DNA from: the human T2T-CHM13v2.0 reference genome, Homo sapiens
Reading direction: 5' to 3' (one strand)
Assembly: GCF_009914755.1 (NCBI RefSeq)
Contig: NC_060925.1
DNA length: 64,000 nucleotides
The notes under the pieces are model-generated. The model saw only the letters and a list, made by a program, of their open reading frames with translations. It ran no database searches and was not told the DNA's origin. The position numbers and the translations under genes are program-made. Of this stretch, positions 60,057 to 64,000 are shown piece after piece (within the stretch, counting starts at the first letter, position 1; each line of letters starts with the position of its first letter).

Positions 60057-61620
60057 TGTTAAAAAGAAAACTATTCCAGTACAGCGGTACACTTCTGGTT
60101 TGTGTACATAACTGTATGTATGTTATACCTCAATTTTTGAAAAGACATGGGCTTTACACCTGAAAAATACAAAGCTTATAGGGAAAGAGAAAAAAGAACC
60201 AAAAAGATAATAAGGGGTGGTAGATGCCATGATAGAAACAGGTTCCCAGTACAGGTTGGGAGAGGCTGACTCCTGGGGGTGGGGAGGGACGGCTCACCAG
60301 CGTAGGCTTTAGAGATACACACACTGGGCTCTGAAGGATGAACAGGATCTCACCGAGCAGAAAAGGGGATGAGTGGGAGAAAGACAGAAAGATGCTGGGG
60401 AAACCCTAATTGTGTGAGAAGGTCCAGTGTGGTTAGAGTGTTGGGTGTGCAGAGCATAGTAGTGGGGGGTGGGGCTGAGGGCATGAATCAAATCAGCTTT
60501 CAGATTTGTTTATTTAAATAAATTCCCCATAAACATTTTTTGAGTGAACAAATGAACCTTCTCACGGTCATGATACATCTGATGTCTGGAATGGTAGGAC
60601 AGATGTGTTAGGATGGCAGCAAGTACTGAATGAAGAGATGTAGTACTGGTGTGGTTACAAAGTCCATTTCTTCTCAAATTATTAATCTCTCTAAAATCTG
60701 ATGTCTTCTAGGCCCCAGAATGCCAAACCGTCCTCACTTGGTTATGGTACTGACTCTCTGCTGTGAAACTGCAGAGTTTTTCGCATTCAACCTCTCTCTC
60801 CCAATTTCCTTCCACCCCATCTCACAATTTTTGGTGGTTACCAATTTTTGGTGGTTCTGGCAGTTGCTTTTAGCATCTTCAAGTAATATACTTAAATTGC
60901 GATTTTCTGATCTATCAACTTTAGACAGTGTCTATTCACTTCCTACTATGAGCAATAAAATTTGTCCACATTCTCTACTTTCCACTTCCTTCCCTCCTGC
61001 CCACCTTCAGATTTTTGTTATATGTTATTGCTTTTGCATAACAATTACATTCTCATCGACAGTATAATTAAGTCTACTCTATAGGATAATTCTAAAAAGT
61101 GAAGCTAGTTAACAACATCATTATGAAGATATCATTGCCTGCGAAGCCACTCAGTATGAATGGACCCATGAGAAAGGCAAGTGGTTCCACGTTACTGAAA
61201 CTTGGTCACAAGAAGAAAAATGGATAGCTTCCTTCACTTCTTCTTGAACCTCATTTAATAATTATTTTGGGTTCCTTTTTTGATTGATGAAATAACTCCA
61301 GGAGGTTTTATTTTCTTCCAGAAAATATAGGTGACTGAGTGACAAACTTTCTGAATCTTACACATTTAAAAAACTATTTTTTTCAAAGTTTGACAGGATG
61401 ACTCTTAGTTTATCCTCCAGAATTGTGAAAGTACTCCACTGTACTGGAGCATCTTGCATGACTGGTGAGAAATTCTGAGGTAATTTTTGAGTCTCTCTGG
61501 AAGTTTTTTGTTTTTTATCCTTGATGTTCTGAAATTTCACCAAGATGGGTCTGCATGCTCATTTTACTAATTCCTGCCCTAAAGTCAGTATGATCTTTCT
61601 AGTTTAAAATCTGTGTGTGT

Positions 61621-61765
61621 TTCTTTTTTTTTTATTTTTATTTTTAAATTGAAATGGGGTCTCACCATATTGCTCAGTGTGGTCTTGAACTCCTGGGCTT
61701 AGGCAATCCTCCCACCTCAGCCTCTCAAAGTGCTGGATTATAGGTGTGAGCCACCAAGCCTGGCC
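61621..61765 (-). mobile_element. Alu monomer (FLAM-like)
   Basis: Left arm only; TSD gtgtgtgtttct / gtgtgtatttct. Confidence 0.85.
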
Positions 61766-63432
61766 GTGTGTATTTCTCAACTGAGAGGAAATTTCTTTGG
61801 CTATATCTTTCACTATTTCTACCCACCCCCTGACTGTCTGTGGCTTCTAGTTCTAGATCTCCTAGTTGATGGATACTGAACCTCTGGATCTATCCTCCAT
61901 GGGTCTTAATGTTTTCTTCTTGAGACTTTGCTCTGCTTTCTGGGAGGTTTTCTTGGTTTTAACATTGAAATGACCAATCTGGTCTTCATGCATATCCATT
62001 GTGTTATTCAGTTTTTCCACTGAAGTTTTTTCCATAATGATATTTTACAATTTCAGCAAGTATTTCCTTTCCTCCAATTGTGCTATCTTCATAGCAACCT
62101 GCTCCTCTGATATTATAGGTTATTTCACTTACAGAGGTGAATGAAAGAACCTCTTACTTACTGTTAAGGATACTACTGATAATTTAGTTTTGGGCTTTCT
62201 TATATTCAAACTGTTTCCTTTGAAATAAGCTCTTCCTTTTTTTTTTCTTTTTTCCATTTTAGGCCTTCTCTTTCATTCTATTGGTTTGCTTCCAATGTTT
62301 GGTGATTTTGGTTATCCAATATATTTATGAATGAGGGATTATGTTGTAAAGTTAGGATATGTATTAGGATACAGGTTCTAGCTCCTATAACAAGGACCTA
62401 ACTGCAGGAGTGGCTTAGACGAGACAGTTTATTTCTGTCTTATGTGCAATCTGAGTTTAAGTGGCCATGGCTGATATGGTGGCTTCACCGTGTGGACATC
62501 TTTGATCTTGGTCTTCTGATATCCACAGCACATGACTTCCATCTCCCACCATCACATCCACACCCTACTCAGTGGGAACGATAAAGGGGAGGGCAGAGCT
62601 GGGAGTTGCACTTGTCATTTCAGCTCACACGAGCCCATGGCCACTCCTAGCTGCTAGGAGGGTGAGGCAGTGTAGTGTTTAGCTGAGTGGCTGTGTGCCC
62701 TGCTAAAATTTCCATCACTACAGAAGAAGAGAAAAAAGATATAAGTGGAATACTAACTACATAGGGCTTCCCGTGAGGTGTCTCGTCTATTTCTCTGACC
62801 AGTTCAGTCTTGAATGTGAGGGTGGCAGTCATGGAAAGGTTCCCTGCAGGAGGGTGAAGCAGTGTGGCAAGTCTCCTAGTAATAACCGTGGACAGGAAGT
62901 GGCCAGGGAACTCCCACAATTGCCAAAAGAAGGACTTTTCTCCATGGTGGGCATAATGCTATACTTCACCCTGAGACGGAGCTGCCAATCCTTCTTCTGG
63001 CTCCCTGCCCCACATCCAGTCTGCTAGAGAGGTCTGGAATGCCCTTGCTCAGCTGCTGTCTCAGACTTTCCTTAGAGAGCATTTGTTGGGGAATTTGGCG
63101 GCCACTGGCTGCCTGCCTCTTTGTGAAGAAGGCGGGGAGGGGTCCAACTGTACTTGCTCTTCTGAAGGGCTCTCAGGGGAGAACACTGCTAACCCATTCC
63201 TTTTCTGTGCTTTGTTGGCTCTCAGCTTGAACTATGCTTGGCTCTTCTGAGACAAAAATCACTGAGACTTCTGGAATCCTGGGCTGCAATGTTTTCTGCT
63301 CTGATTGCTCTGTCTGTGCAATCTCATGGGCTTTCTATCTTCCTAAGATTTAGGAATGTTTCCGTCCCACGGATGACTTCCTATCTTGTTTTCTAATGCT
63401 GTTATGATGTCATCCTTTCAAAAATGGCTTTC

Positions 63433-63717
63433 AGCTGGGCACGGTGGCTCACACCTGTAATCCCAGCACTTTGGGAGGCCAAGGCGGGTGGATCACTTGA
63501 GGTCAGGAGTTTGGGACCAGCCTGACCACATGGTGAAACCCTGTCTCTACTAAAAATACCAAAAAAAAAAAAAAAAAATAGCCAGGTGTGGTGGTGCATG
63601 CCTGTAATCCCAGTTACTTGGAAGGTTGAGGCAGGAGAATCCCTTGAACCTAGGAGGTGGAGGTTGCAGTGAGCCTGGGCAACAAGAGTGAAACTCCGTC
63701 TCAATAAAAAAAAAAAA
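63433..63717 (+). mobile_element. AluS with a right-arm deletion
   Basis: TSD aaaatggctttc / aaaacggttttc. Confidence 0.92.
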
Positions 63718-64000
63718 CGGTTTTCACTGTCATCATACCAATTCCTAGGGAAGAGGTGGAGGTGGGCACTTGTGCTCCAGGACTTAGGAAATCAATGCAT
63801 TCATGACTCATTGGCTGAGGCCAATGTCCCTTCCAGGATGTGGACACCGGAAAGGAAGATGAACCCTTCCCATGCAGGGCATCATCTCAGAACTCCATGG
63901 TGTCTGCCCTTAGGGGGAACACTTCTGATGTTCCTGAACCTGGGCCCCCACCGATGCACAATGCCCACCTAGTTCCACTGAGGGTAGGAACAGCCAGCCC

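Overview
Primate, almost certainly human, genomic DNA inside HIVEP3 (Schnurri-3/KRC/ZAS3), which is transcribed on the minus strand. Two exons are visible. The first is a giant 5,582-nt exon (39958-34377) carrying 521 nt of 5'UTR, the start ATG at 39437 and 1,687 codons, including a C2H2 zinc-finger pair and a solitary CCHC finger. The second is a 146-nt coding exon (30329-30184). The rest is intron, dense in LINE-1, L2, Alu, MIR, solo LTRs and microsatellites; almost all other ORFs in the track are repeat-derived or chance. I found no convincing new gene or multi-gene system. The most interesting signals are: a candidate intronic polyadenylation site just after the giant exon, a chain of uORFs and a UG-repeat splice acceptor ahead of it, a candidate calcineurin PxIxIT docking motif, a twin-primed L1PA2-like insertion nested in a full-length sense-oriented L1, triple re-use of one target site, and a ~68-bp micro-inversion in an old L1. 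Repeat subfamily names and literature links come from recall and were not database-checked.
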